50,102 bases of DNA. It comes from Pseudomonadota bacterium (GTDB taxonomy: Bacteria > Pseudomonadota > Alphaproteobacteria > MPNO01 > UBA2964). The position numbers and the translations under genes are program-made. The DNA is taken from the NCBI GenBank assembly GCA_027624735.1, contig JAQBTY010000001.1:1-50102 (forward strand), read 5' to 3'. A model generated the notes under the pieces. It was not told where the DNA came from and did not search any database. It saw nothing but the letters and a program-made list of their open reading frames with translations. This document shows, in pieces, positions 36,763-45,176 of this stretch; positions within the stretch are counted from its first letter, which is position 1; each line of letters opens with the position of its first letter.

Positions 36763-37498
36763 TTCTTTTTAAGTTCGCGCCGGCCCGCTCCCCCCTAACG
36801 TCGGGCAAGGTCTTCATCATGCGGCGCACCGCGTCATCGGCGATAGACGCAAACATCTCGGGATCTTTTGTCATGAGGCCCGCGCGCGCGGCGGAAACGG
36901 GCACGTCAATGATCGAGATCGGCAAACCGCCATCTGACCGACCCGCTGCATGGTGCGCCTGCCATAGAATTTCGCCATCGGCGATCCGCCTCATGGTAAG
37001 GCTGACGGTAAGACCGCGCCGGGCCCACAGCACCATATAATCATCCTGCACCTGGGACAGGTGAATTTCGACCAGCGCGCCACAGCGTGCCTCGCGAGCG
37101 AACACCCGGCGGTCCGATACCGCCATAATATCGAGCCCGAGCCTGGCTTCCATACGGCGCAACCGCGCGCCGCCGATTACCCGGGGCAGACGTATCGCCA
37201 GATGTCGCTCCACGGCATCTTCCACGAGCCGGGAGATCGCGCGCGGCGCGGTGGTCTTGGTGACGATCGCGGCGCAAACCGGCGCCTCGGTATAAAACGC
37301 ATTGGCCAGACGGTAATCAACGCGGCGCTCCAGAAACGAGTCCGATTCGGCCTTTGGCGCACCGGTATGATAAGTGGTTTGCAGGCAGCCGCCGCCGAAG
37401 GCCGGAACCAGCAGGACCACGACCCGCAGGAACCCGTCAGGCCACAGGGGGTTGCCTGCCCCTGCCCTAATCACAGCCGGGACCGCGTGCCCGGCCAC
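36737..37498 (-). CDS. cluster gene 15: lipoprotein, unknown function (LpoB/DUF799/TolB-N-like alpha/beta pattern)
   Basis: GTG start at 37498, so the start is uncertain. Lipobox VVLLVPAFGGGC. Pattern of alternating hydrophobic strands and helices ending in ..GEILWQA. The 3' end overlaps the convergent MgtC gene by 26 nt. Confidence 0.65.
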   Translation of the reverse strand: MAGHAVPAVIRAGAGNPLWPDGFLRVVVLLVPAFGGGCLQTTYHTGAPKAESDSFLERRVDYRLANAFYTEAPVCAAIVTKTTAPRAISRLVEDAVERHLAIRLPRVIGGARLRRMEARLGLDIMAVSDRRVFAREARCGALVEIHLSQVQDDYMVLWARRGLTVSLTMRRIADGEILWQAHHAAGRSDGGLPISIIDVPVSAARAGLMTKDPEMFASIADDAVRRMMKTLPDVRGERAGANLKRISLPSGAR

Positions 37499-38468
37499 GG
37501 GGAGGCGGCAGCGCCACCGACCCGGCCAGGGGCCGGCCGTCGACGGTGAAATCGCCTAGAATGAGCCGCGACCGGTCCCAGCGGTAGGCGGCATGGATCA
37601 GTCTGGCTGTTTTGTATTGCGGCCCCAGTACCGCGCCCAGCCCGCCGAGCAAGGCGGCATCCACGTGACGCGGAAAGACCCGGACCGGCCGCCAGTCGGT
37701 CAGGCGATGGCGATCGGCGATGCTCGCGAAAACGCGCGCTTCCTCGGCAATGGCTTCGCCCTGTGGCGAACGGATAAAGCCGCTAAACCGGTCCATGTCG
37801 ATGGGCCAGGTCTCGCCGACCTTGCCCGCGGCGGCAAAGAGCCTTGCGCCCCCGGCCAGCACCGCCGCCTTGACGCCATAGCATTGTGTGAGCTGGCGAT
37901 AGAGCGCGCGCCGCGCGTCGGCCCGTCGCGGCCAGGCGATTTCGATGACCGGACCCTGGCCATGTTCGAGCAGCCGCAGCAGCGCGCCACCAGTTTTCGT
38001 GTTCCGGTCGCCATCCACCATGGCAGTAGCGAACTCCGCCGATGGCTTTCCGGATGGCTTGATTGCCGGCACCGGTTCAAGGGGCTTTATGCTGAGTTTT
38101 ATCGGCGGGACGTTGCTTGTTACAGGAGCCGACACCGGTTTGGCGGCCGTGATCCGCTTCATCGGCAAGATTGGTGCCGGCTGTATCGGCGTAATTTTTA
38201 CCGCGCTACTGGACGATACGGGGGACGATACAGGCGGTGGCGGCAACTGGATCGCCATTGCTGTGGCACCTGATTGCCTGGCGACCGTCGCGGCCACCCG
38301 TTTTTCCGGTCTGGGCCTATCAATTTGAGCGCTTTGATATAGCGCGACCGACGCCAGTACCAACCCGCCGATCAGCAGCACGGATACGGTCAGAGACAGC
38401 CGGTCGGCCGGGCCTGTCGCGCCTGGATCGACCGGCTGAGGCCGATCACTGGTTGATCGACCGGGCAT
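37467..38468 (-). CDS. cluster gene 14: bitopic membrane protein, TM anchor + Pro-rich rod + ~190-aa C-terminal domain (TonB/TolA-like architecture)
   Basis: ATG at 38468. Single TM helix LSLTVSVLLIGGLVLASVALY. About 100 aa Pro/Ser/Val-rich segment (QLPPPPVSSPVSSSS...PLEPVPAIKPSGKP). The globular C-terminus has no recognised motif. Confidence 0.7.
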   Translation of the reverse strand: MPGRSTSDRPQPVDPGATGPADRLSLTVSVLLIGGLVLASVALYQSAQIDRPRPEKRVAATVARQSGATAMAIQLPPPPVSSPVSSSSAVKITPIQPAPILPMKRITAAKPVSAPVTSNVPPIKLSIKPLEPVPAIKPSGKPSAEFATAMVDGDRNTKTGGALLRLLEHGQGPVIEIAWPRRADARRALYRQLTQCYGVKAAVLAGGARLFAAAGKVGETWPIDMDRFSGFIRSPQGEAIAEEARVFASIADRHRLTDWRPVRVFPRHVDAALLGGLGAVLGPQYKTARLIHAAYRWDRSRLILGDFTVDGRPLAGSVALPPPRGRARGPGCD

Positions 38469-39024
38469 ACAGAAGCTCCATCTCTTCAGCCAGCGATAAC
38501 AGTTCCTTGCGCCGTTCCGCGCCCGTCATCAACCGCGTTCCCTCTTTCAGGGCGGGGGCGGCCGGAGCGGCGTCGAGGCCGTCGAGCACTTCCCTGCGCC
38601 GCCTGGCGACGTCCGGCTCGAGAACCTGGGGAGCCCTCTCGATGATGGTCGGCACGGATTTCCGGCTTGTTGCCGAGCCTGTTTCCGGCAACGCCTGGAG
38701 GTCGCTGGCGAGTTGGCGCGACCGGGATGGTTCGGCCAGCGGCTCCGGTCGTGTCACCGTGGCCGGCGTCACAGGCTGCGTTACCGGCTGCGTTACTGGC
38801 AGGGATGGCGCCGTTACTAGCGTCGGTCCGGTCTTGCGCCCGGCCTTCTCCGTTTCGCGTCCAAACATGGACTGGCCGGCGGTGAGCGCCTTGTTCGCAT
38901 AGGATTTCATGTCGCCGGCGGCATCATGAACCTGCCCGGCGATTTTCTGCACTTCACCACGATCGGCGGTAAACAGGAACACCAACGCGGCGGCGACCGC
39001 AACATTGAATAGCAGAAATTTCAT
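38446..39024 (-). CDS. cluster gene 13: N-terminally anchored protein with Pro/Thr-rich repeat linker
   Basis: ATG at 39024 with GGAAGGTG upstream, 1 nt after the stop of the MotA-like gene. Anchor MKFLLFNVAVAAALVFLF. VTQPVTQPVTPATVTRPEP is encoded by a 12-bp tandem repeat at 38774..38797. Confidence 0.7.
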   Translation of the reverse strand: MKFLLFNVAVAAALVFLFTADRGEVQKIAGQVHDAAGDMKSYANKALTAGQSMFGRETEKAGRKTGPTLVTAPSLPVTQPVTQPVTPATVTRPEPLAEPSRSRQLASDLQALPETGSATSRKSVPTIIERAPQVLEPDVARRRREVLDGLDAAPAAPALKEGTRLMTGAERRKELLSLAEEMELLYARSINQ

Positions 39025-39025
39025 G

Positions 39026-39574
39026 TCATTCACCTTCCATCCGGGCCGCGATCGCGTGTCTTCCGGCCATGGTCCGATCAGGGACAACGCTGCGATTGTG
39101 GGCATGGGTAACGACGATCAGGCCGCGCAGGAGCGCCGATACCGGCAGACCGACAACGGTGGTCATGAAGGCGAGGCTGAAATTCGCCGTCATTTTGCGG
39201 ATCACCGGCTGGATGGTTTCGGGCGTCAGTTCCTGACCGGCCAGCGTGCCGATACCAAGGCTGATACCCAGCAACGTGAAGGTCAGCGCTAACGTGGTCA
39301 CCCCGTTGGCGGCCTGAACACCGGCCTCGAACCAGACCTCGTCGCCGGCGCCCTTCATCTGCAGCATGCGCACCCAGCTATAGAGAGCCAGGAACACCAG
39401 GCTGGTCAGCATCACCACGAAAGACCAGCCCAGCACCTCGCGCGCCCAGTTGGCGATGTCCGTAACGCTATGGGAGGTCATGAGCACCGCCACCGCCAAG
39501 GCGATGGCGAGCCCACCCATCAGGTAGCTTACCGCGCGCGACGAGCTATGGAGGGTACCGAGCAGGGCACGCAT
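39026..39574 (-). CDS. cluster gene 12: short MotA/TolQ/ExbB-family proton-channel-like protein
   Basis: GGGAGG Shine-Dalgarno. Four predicted TM helices. The last two read FTLLGISLGIGTL ... FSLAFMTTVVGLPVSALL. This parallels the ExbB/TolQ/MotA core (IGLFGTVWGI ... ALLATAIGLVAAIPAVV). Confidence 0.65.
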   Translation of the reverse strand: MRALLGTLHSSSRAVSYLMGGLAIALAVAVLMTSHSVTDIANWAREVLGWSFVVMLTSLVFLALYSWVRMLQMKGAGDEVWFEAGVQAANGVTTLALTFTLLGISLGIGTLAGQELTPETIQPVIRKMTANFSLAFMTTVVGLPVSALLRGLIVVTHAHNRSVVPDRTMAGRHAIAARMEGE

Positions 39575-39575
39575 C

Positions 39576-39968
39576 CTACCGCCTCCCTACACGCGCGTTC
39601 ATCAGGCTCTCGGTCGACACGCCAACCTGCTGAAGCCAGTGATCCATCAGCGTGCGATTATGTTCGGTCGACGCATGCACCAGAAACGTCAAATCGTAAT
39701 TCTCATAGGCCGCGCGCACCGCGGGCGTGCTCTTACCAACCAGCGATTTGTCTCGCAGAACCAGACGCTCCAGATCGATCAGGCGGTTACGGGACATTTC
39801 GACCTTGGCCTGGCGCCTTTCCGGGGTGAGTTCGGAGGTGAGCATTGACTCCAGCATCAGGGCCCGCTCGCGTTCCATGTTTTCGAGCGATCCGGCGTGG
39901 CTGGGGACGCTGATCCCAGCCGCCAATACCAGGACAGCGGCGGCGATGAATCGATTGGAAGTTCTCAT
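39576..39968 (-). CDS. cluster gene 11: small exported helical protein, unknown function
   Basis: GGAGGA Shine-Dalgarno. Signal peptide MRTSNRFIAAAVLVLAAGISVPSHAG. 130 aa. The stop lies 1 nt from the next start. Confidence 0.7.
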   Translation of the reverse strand: MRTSNRFIAAAVLVLAAGISVPSHAGSLENMERERALMLESMLTSELTPERRQAKVEMSRNRLIDLERLVLRDKSLVGKSTPAVRAAYENYDLTFLVHASTEHNRTLMDHWLQQVGVSTESLMNARVGRR

Positions 39969-39995
39969 GATCTAATCCTCCGGTTTCGGTGAGCG

Positions 39996-40886
39996 TTATC
40001 GGTTGACAAAAAATTCGACGGCGTCGGTGACGCCCTTGTCCGCCGTCTGGGTTTCGGCCCCGGCGATATCGCCGCCATTGACGGTTTCGGACAAGGCCAT
40101 GGCATCCAGCGCCACCAGCTTGGCCATGTAGCCAAGAATCGACTGTTCCTGATCGATCACGGCGATGGTGGCTTCGTTTTCGCCGATCAGCTGGCGCAGA
40201 AAATCCTCCCGCGACACGGTCGCGCCATCGACTTTCGGCTGTTCGTTCATCGGGTGAGCGTTGACCGCCTGAACCAGCTGTTCGATGGCGGCGACGTTTT
40301 TGGCATATTCCCGGGCATATTTGCTTTCGGTCATCAGCGACGACCGGAACAGCTTTGCATCGACCTTGGCGATGGTATTTTCGAACCGGTCACGCGCCGC
40401 TGTCTGCTTGTCGATCAAGGCGGCACGTTGCGGCGTCAGGCCGGTGTTCTTTTGCTTTATCTTGCCGAGCAAATTTCCATAAACATGGATTTTGGTGCGC
40501 GCATGTTTACGGCGCAGCGACTGGTGATCGGCGACGAGATCCAGATAGGCACGTTTTTCCGCAAGAAACTGGTGCCTGAGTTCGACCCGCAGATCGCCTT
40601 CGGCCTGTTCCATGGCGCCGCGCAAATCTTCCAGCGTCCTGACCTTGAGGCTCATTTTTTCTTCAGTATCTCTGACCGCCGCAGCCAACGACGATTTTGC
40701 GTAATCCTGTTCGATGGCCTTTTTGAGGAAATTCGCCGGCAGCTTGATCAGACGTTCGCTGGCCCGGGGCGACCAATTCGCCTCTTCCGCCGAGGCACGT
40801 GCGTCAGTCATGGGTCCCGCGATCAGGGAAGCCGCGATAACGCAGGCAGACAGGCCGGCTACGGAAATCGGTCTAAATATGTTCAT
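39996..40886 (-). CDS. cluster gene 10: exported coiled-coil-rich protein, unknown function
   Basis: AGGAGA Shine-Dalgarno. Signal peptide MNIFRPISVAGLSACVIAASLIAGPMTDARA. Long charged heptad-like helices (EEKMSLKVRTLEDLRGAMEQAEGDLRVELRHQFLAEKRAYLD). Confidence 0.7.
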   Translation of the reverse strand: MNIFRPISVAGLSACVIAASLIAGPMTDARASAEEANWSPRASERLIKLPANFLKKAIEQDYAKSSLAAAVRDTEEKMSLKVRTLEDLRGAMEQAEGDLRVELRHQFLAEKRAYLDLVADHQSLRRKHARTKIHVYGNLLGKIKQKNTGLTPQRAALIDKQTAARDRFENTIAKVDAKLFRSSLMTESKYAREYAKNVAAIEQLVQAVNAHPMNEQPKVDGATVSREDFLRQLIGENEATIAVIDQEQSILGYMAKLVALDAMALSETVNGGDIAGAETQTADKGVTDAVEFFVNR

Positions 40887-40917
40887 CGCTTGCTCTCCTG
40901 AATGGGGCGCTCCACCC

Positions 40918-41493
40918 TTACTTGTTCTTCCAATAGAGAACGCGCCGCATTTCGCTTTTCAGACCGTCGTTGATGTTCAACGCGGAAAATTCACCGAAAG
41001 TCCAACGCTCGCGCTGACCGAGCAGCGCTTCCATGGTGGTCACGAAGGACGTGCCGTCGGGATAGTAGAAATCATAGTCGGCGAACCGGTTCTTGAATTT
41101 TCCGAAATTATCGCGGGCCTTTTCCACATTTCCGCCCTTGAAGAAATTCTGGACCGAGAGCGCATAGGCCCGCATGCGTTCGTCGCGGGCGATACCGGCT
41201 GCGTCCGGACCAAGGCCGGTTTCACATTTTTCAAGCACTTGGGCGCTCGCCAGGTAGGTGCCGCTTGTCCCGGACGAGCGTGCCTGGCGGTCGAGTTCAA
41301 CACCCTGATCGCGGCAGGCCCTGTAGTCGCGCATAATGGATATCTGTTCGAAACGCGCCTCGCGGTAACCGATCCCTTCCAGAGGGCCGTTGACATCGCT
41401 GGTGCAAGCCGACAAAGCCACCGTGGCCAGCGCGGCAAAAACAGTGCGCCGAAGGGCGGGTAACAATTTAACGGGATTCCGGAATGCCAACAT
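40918..41493 (-). CDS. cluster gene 9: lipoprotein, unknown function
   Basis: Internal ATG at 41493 (MLAFRNPVKLLPALRRTVFAALATVALSAC) gives a signal peptide with an LSAC lipobox. The rest is helical. A 123-nt gap lies upstream. Confidence 0.7.
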   Translation of the reverse strand: MLAFRNPVKLLPALRRTVFAALATVALSACTSDVNGPLEGIGYREARFEQISIMRDYRACRDQGVELDRQARSSGTSGTYLASAQVLEKCETGLGPDAAGIARDERMRAYALSVQNFFKGGNVEKARDNFGKFKNRFADYDFYYPDGTSFVTTMEALLGQRERWTFGEFSALNINDGLKSEMRRVLYWKNK

Positions 41494-41616
41494 GGTTAGG
41501 TCCTTTTCTGATCGTGTCGAGCCCAAGTTCCTTGGGGGTTACGGGGGTTAGGGAAGGATCAGAGGCGTTTTCCCTCTGTATCGCCACAAGTGCAGCCAAA
41601 ATTTGTCCAAAACTGT

Positions 41617-42918
41617 TCATGGCCTGAAATCATTGGTCAGGCGCAAAACCGCCACGCCGTGACCGCGCGCTTCGGCCAGAATACGGTCGACATCCTGCGC
41701 GGATGCAGCGTTCCGCGCCCGCCGCCATACCCCGCCCAGACCGGCAAAATCGGCTACCACACCGGCTTGCACCGACAGAACAACCAGGTCCTGGCGTAGC
41801 GGCGCGATAAGGCGGCTGGGCGGCCTTGCGTCGAGGTCGATCGTCGCCCGGGGCGCGAGGGTCTTTTCGGCATAAATCGTGCGCAGGCGGAAACCGGCGC
41901 CGTTGGCGTTTTCACGGAGCGCCATCACCCAGAGCGTCGCTGCCCTGTCCGACCCGTTGGTCAGGCGATAGTGGAAATCACACAGGCCGGCGACACGCAA
42001 ACCGGCTGCCGGGGCACCTTCGATCACCGGTTGCCTTGTAATCAGGGGCGCAACCCGGTCGAGATGAACCGCAGCGCAGGGCGCGTCCGCGGGCGCCTGG
42101 GTCGCCACGGAAATCGCCGCCAGCGTCGATGCCGGATGGGGCCGCAATGACGCCGGCACAAGACGCACCGCTTGGGCTTTCGCGACACCCAGATCCGGCT
42201 CCAGCCCCAATTTCTGCCACCCGGCAAGAACGGTGATCGCCAACAGCACACATGAGGCGGCATAGGCCAGGTGTCGCGGCATCTTCCTGTGGCCGCCAAT
42301 CATGGACGGCGTGCGAGCCAGCCATTGCCGGATCCGGCGGCGACGTTTCAGACCCAGCACCGCCAAAACATCGCATACTGTCTGTGCCGCGACGATGTGC
42401 AGCCGGTCACAGTCTCCGGCGAAGACATCCTCCAGCGCCTGTGTCGCTTCGATCAAATTGCCGGCGGGAACCGCCATAACGACTCGCGCGCCCGCATCGA
42501 GATGGGCTCTGATCCGGCCTTCCGATTGACGGATCTTGCGATCGACATCTTCCACCGTATCGACCGTCAGATCGCGCGTAACTTCGCCCGTGGCCCAGAC
42601 AATTTGTGGAGTTTTATCATCGGACCGGACCAGCCGGCCTTCTTCGAACAGCGCATGGGCGATGAACAGACCGAGCTGCCAGCTCAGGCCGCTGGCGATG
42701 GGGTTGCTGATATCGACGCGATAGGCGCTATGCCCGAAACAGGCTTCGATGACACCGGTGGGACGGCGCACGAAGGAATCGTAATCCGCGCTAATGGGGA
42801 GCTCGATCGCCTTCCCGTCGTGACAAACGACCGAGCGCACATCGGAATCCTCAGGCGTTATACGCTGAATTTCGGAGGGACCCTCGGTGGTCGCGATATA
42901 GATGGCGGTACGTTTCAT
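41617..42918 (-). CDS. cluster gene 8: bitopic inner-membrane protein with cytoplasmic Lon(S16)-protease-like domain and periplasmic C-terminal domain
   Basis: The ATG overlaps the upstream stop (ATGA). SGLSWQLGLFIAHAL and IVWATGEVTRDLTVDTVEDVDRKIRQSEGRIRAHLDAGARVVMAVPAGN parallel Lon DGPSAGIAM..AL and [24 protein letters not shown].RGG...VLIP..N. An Arg-rich stretch is followed by the TM helix LAYAASCVLLAITVLAGW. Confidence 0.55.
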   Translation of the reverse strand: MKRTAIYIATTEGPSEIQRITPEDSDVRSVVCHDGKAIELPISADYDSFVRRPTGVIEACFGHSAYRVDISNPIASGLSWQLGLFIAHALFEEGRLVRSDDKTPQIVWATGEVTRDLTVDTVEDVDRKIRQSEGRIRAHLDAGARVVMAVPAGNLIEATQALEDVFAGDCDRLHIVAAQTVCDVLAVLGLKRRRRIRQWLARTPSMIGGHRKMPRHLAYAASCVLLAITVLAGWQKLGLEPDLGVAKAQAVRLVPASLRPHPASTLAAISVATQAPADAPCAAVHLDRVAPLITRQPVIEGAPAAGLRVAGLCDFHYRLTNGSDRAATLWVMALRENANGAGFRLRTIYAEKTLAPRATIDLDARPPSRLIAPLRQDLVVLSVQAGVVADFAGLGGVWRRARNAASAQDVDRILAEARGHGVAVLRLTNDFRP

Positions 42919-43463
42919 CGCAGGAACACATCCGTCTTGGGATTGCAGAGCGCGCCGACGAGATCAGACCCGGTATCGAGGAGAAGCTGGATCACCCCGC
43001 CTATGGGCTTCGGCAAGGGAACCTTGCGGCAGCCGTCTCCGTCTCCAATGACAAAAAGCGTGCCCGGCGCCGGGATGGCGGTGTTGGCCAGTTTGATGAT
43101 CAGATAAAGCTGATCCGGGTCGGCCCGTGATTCACGCAGAGAAATTTCGAAACCGGAACCACTCCGCGTGGTCACCGTCCCACTGCTGGCGGCGGCGCGG
43201 CTCACCGGCCGATAGGGCGCGACCCGGGCCAGAAGACAGCGCAAATCCTCCCGCGCGCGCGCGTCGGTCGCAAGCGCTCGGGCCAGATCGGTGCTTGGGG
43301 TTACAGCCGGGTCGGTGGCGTAGCGGTAGATATCGTGAAAACTGACCACAGGCTTCATGGTGGCATGATCGCGGGCAGTCAGGCCGTCGAGCGATTCACG
43401 CGCGATGAAGATCGCCTCGGATAGTGAATGGGCTTCCTGCCAGCTAGCTGGGATTTCACTCAT
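42915..43463 (-). CDS. cluster gene 7: cytoplasmic hypothetical protein (182 aa)
   Basis: ATGA overlaps at both ends (43460-43463 and 42915-42918). No TM helix, signal peptide or recognised motif. Confidence 0.7.
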   Translation of the reverse strand: MSEIPASWQEAHSLSEAIFIARESLDGLTARDHATMKPVVSFHDIYRYATDPAVTPSTDLARALATDARAREDLRCLLARVAPYRPVSRAAASSGTVTTRSGSGFEISLRESRADPDQLYLIIKLANTAIPAPGTLFVIGDGDGCRKVPLPKPIGGVIQLLLDTGSDLVGALCNPKTDVFLR

Positions 43464-45175
43464 CGATGGTCTCCGTACAGGGCGCGAAACTGCGCGAAAA
43501 AAATGTCGTAGTCCGACAAATATTGCTTAGTCCACCCACCCTGACGCCGACCCAGACGCTGCACGCGGGCGGTAAATTTCAGCAAGGAATTTCTGATCAT
43601 GATCAGCGCATCGGACGCCGCGGCGCAGGCATCCGCGCGATCGGAGGCGGCGTAGCCGGCATCGGGCCAATCGGCATCCTTGAAGCCCTTGCGGGTCGTG
43701 CGCTTTGCCGCGCCGCCGGATTCTTCGATCATCGCCGCCAGTTCGGGGCACTTATCCAGCCCGGCGGTCAGCGTGCGCATGAACCGATCATCGGTGTCAG
43801 GCGTCTTCAGACGAACGATCTGGCCGGTACAAACTGTCTCAGCATGGTCATCCCGGTCTTCAAAAACAGACGCGAGCGGCGACAGATCAATGTGCGGCCG
43901 CAGATACAGCAGCACCGTAATGGCTTCTTCACGGCGCGCGGCCACCAGGTGATGGAACGAAGCAAGCAAGGCCGTTTGAAGATTGTCACCTATTTGATCG
44001 ATATAGTCGGCGAAGTCACCATAGGCGCTGGTCACATTGTTGAGTTTATCCAGATACGGCAGCCGGAGGGTATCCTCGCCGCGGCGCAGGGCTTCCGTCA
44101 GCCGCGCCTGCTGCGCCCCCATCACCTGAAGGCGCAGGATTGAGAGCGGCAGGGCAAGGGCGGAACCGCCATATTCGATGAGGGGCGCGATGGCATCGGT
44201 TTCGGTCTGTTTCAGAAACTTGACGCCATTGGCCGGCGCCGCCCGCAACACATCCAGCGGCGCCTGACGTTCGTGGATGGGTCCCAGCGCCGCATCGACC
44301 GCCTCGGGCGTGATGTCAGCGGGATCGATTTCACCGGCGTCCCGGTCGGTGCCGATGGAGCGCGCACGACCAAGGGCGCGTGCCTGTGCCGCCGCCGCCA
44401 GCGCATCGCGCGCCGCCGCCATCAGGCGGAAGACCGATTTAAACGATTTGAAATCGCCCCCCGCCCCGCTGGCGCACCGAGCCTCGTTTGAGGCGGCAAT
44501 CCAGAAGGCCAAGACCGCCTCGTCGTCGATGCTGTGAGGGCCCACCTCGCCATTATCGGAAAGCCGCAAGAACGACATGACCGCGCGGAATTTGCGATGC
44601 GACTGCGCGCTCGGCAAATGCGCCGACAGGTAATGATAGACCCGGCGGGCAAGATCATTGGCCAGCGCATCGACGGCTCCCTTGGTCGCCTGACCCGCCG
44701 GCACGGCGCGAAACTGCGCATCGAGGTCGGCATAGCCGAAGACCGATACGAGGAATTCCATCAGGGCCGACAGAAACGGCATCCGCGTATAGGCGATCCC
44801 GAAAACGCCATCGGCATAGTTCACACGGATACCGGCGCCAAGCCGCTCAACGCCATCAGCGCCGGTCCGATTCTGAAAAATCGACCGAAAGGCGGCGGCG
44901 CGGGCGATGCCGCTGCCCCAGAAAACCAGCTCGTATCCCTGGGCGCGGGCGTTAGCCCCGATCACCCGGTCCGACGCGACGATCAGATGGCACAGCTCAC
45001 GCAGCGGCCCGCCATAGCTCCGGCACACGATCCAGCGGACCAGACGGCGGCACATTGCGGCGGAGAATTTAGGCGCATCGGCGGCGGTAATGTGGGCGAT
45101 CGACCGCAGGATGGCGGCCAGTTCGTCACTGACGTCGCCGCCAGCCATTCCTTCAAGCGGGGGCAGGCTGTCCAT
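43460..45175 (-). CDS. cluster gene 6: large cytoplasmic hypothetical protein (571 aa)
   Basis: AGGTG lies upstream of the ATG at 45175, 1 nt after the stop of the SLT gene. Mostly helical composition. No Walker A, TM helix or signal peptide seen. Confidence 0.7.
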   Translation of the reverse strand: MDSLPPLEGMAGGDVSDELAAILRSIAHITAADAPKFSAAMCRRLVRWIVCRSYGGPLRELCHLIVASDRVIGANARAQGYELVFWGSGIARAAAFRSIFQNRTGADGVERLGAGIRVNYADGVFGIAYTRMPFLSALMEFLVSVFGYADLDAQFRAVPAGQATKGAVDALANDLARRVYHYLSAHLPSAQSHRKFRAVMSFLRLSDNGEVGPHSIDDEAVLAFWIAASNEARCASGAGGDFKSFKSVFRLMAAARDALAAAAQARALGRARSIGTDRDAGEIDPADITPEAVDAALGPIHERQAPLDVLRAAPANGVKFLKQTETDAIAPLIEYGGSALALPLSILRLQVMGAQQARLTEALRRGEDTLRLPYLDKLNNVTSAYGDFADYIDQIGDNLQTALLASFHHLVAARREEAITVLLYLRPHIDLSPLASVFEDRDDHAETVCTGQIVRLKTPDTDDRFMRTLTAGLDKCPELAAMIEESGGAAKRTTRKGFKDADWPDAGYAASDRADACAAASDALIMIRNSLLKFTARVQRLGRRQGGWTKQYLSDYDIFFAQFRALYGDHR

Positions 45176-45176
45176 G

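Noticed and set aside
41534-41556. Telomere-like G-run (GGGGGTTACGGGGGTTAGGGAAGG) in the 123-nt gap inside the cluster, a possible G-quadruplex
   Set aside because: It is very short, with only two clean repeats. In a high-GC genome this can occur by chance. It is noted only as part of a possible internal promoter or attenuator region.
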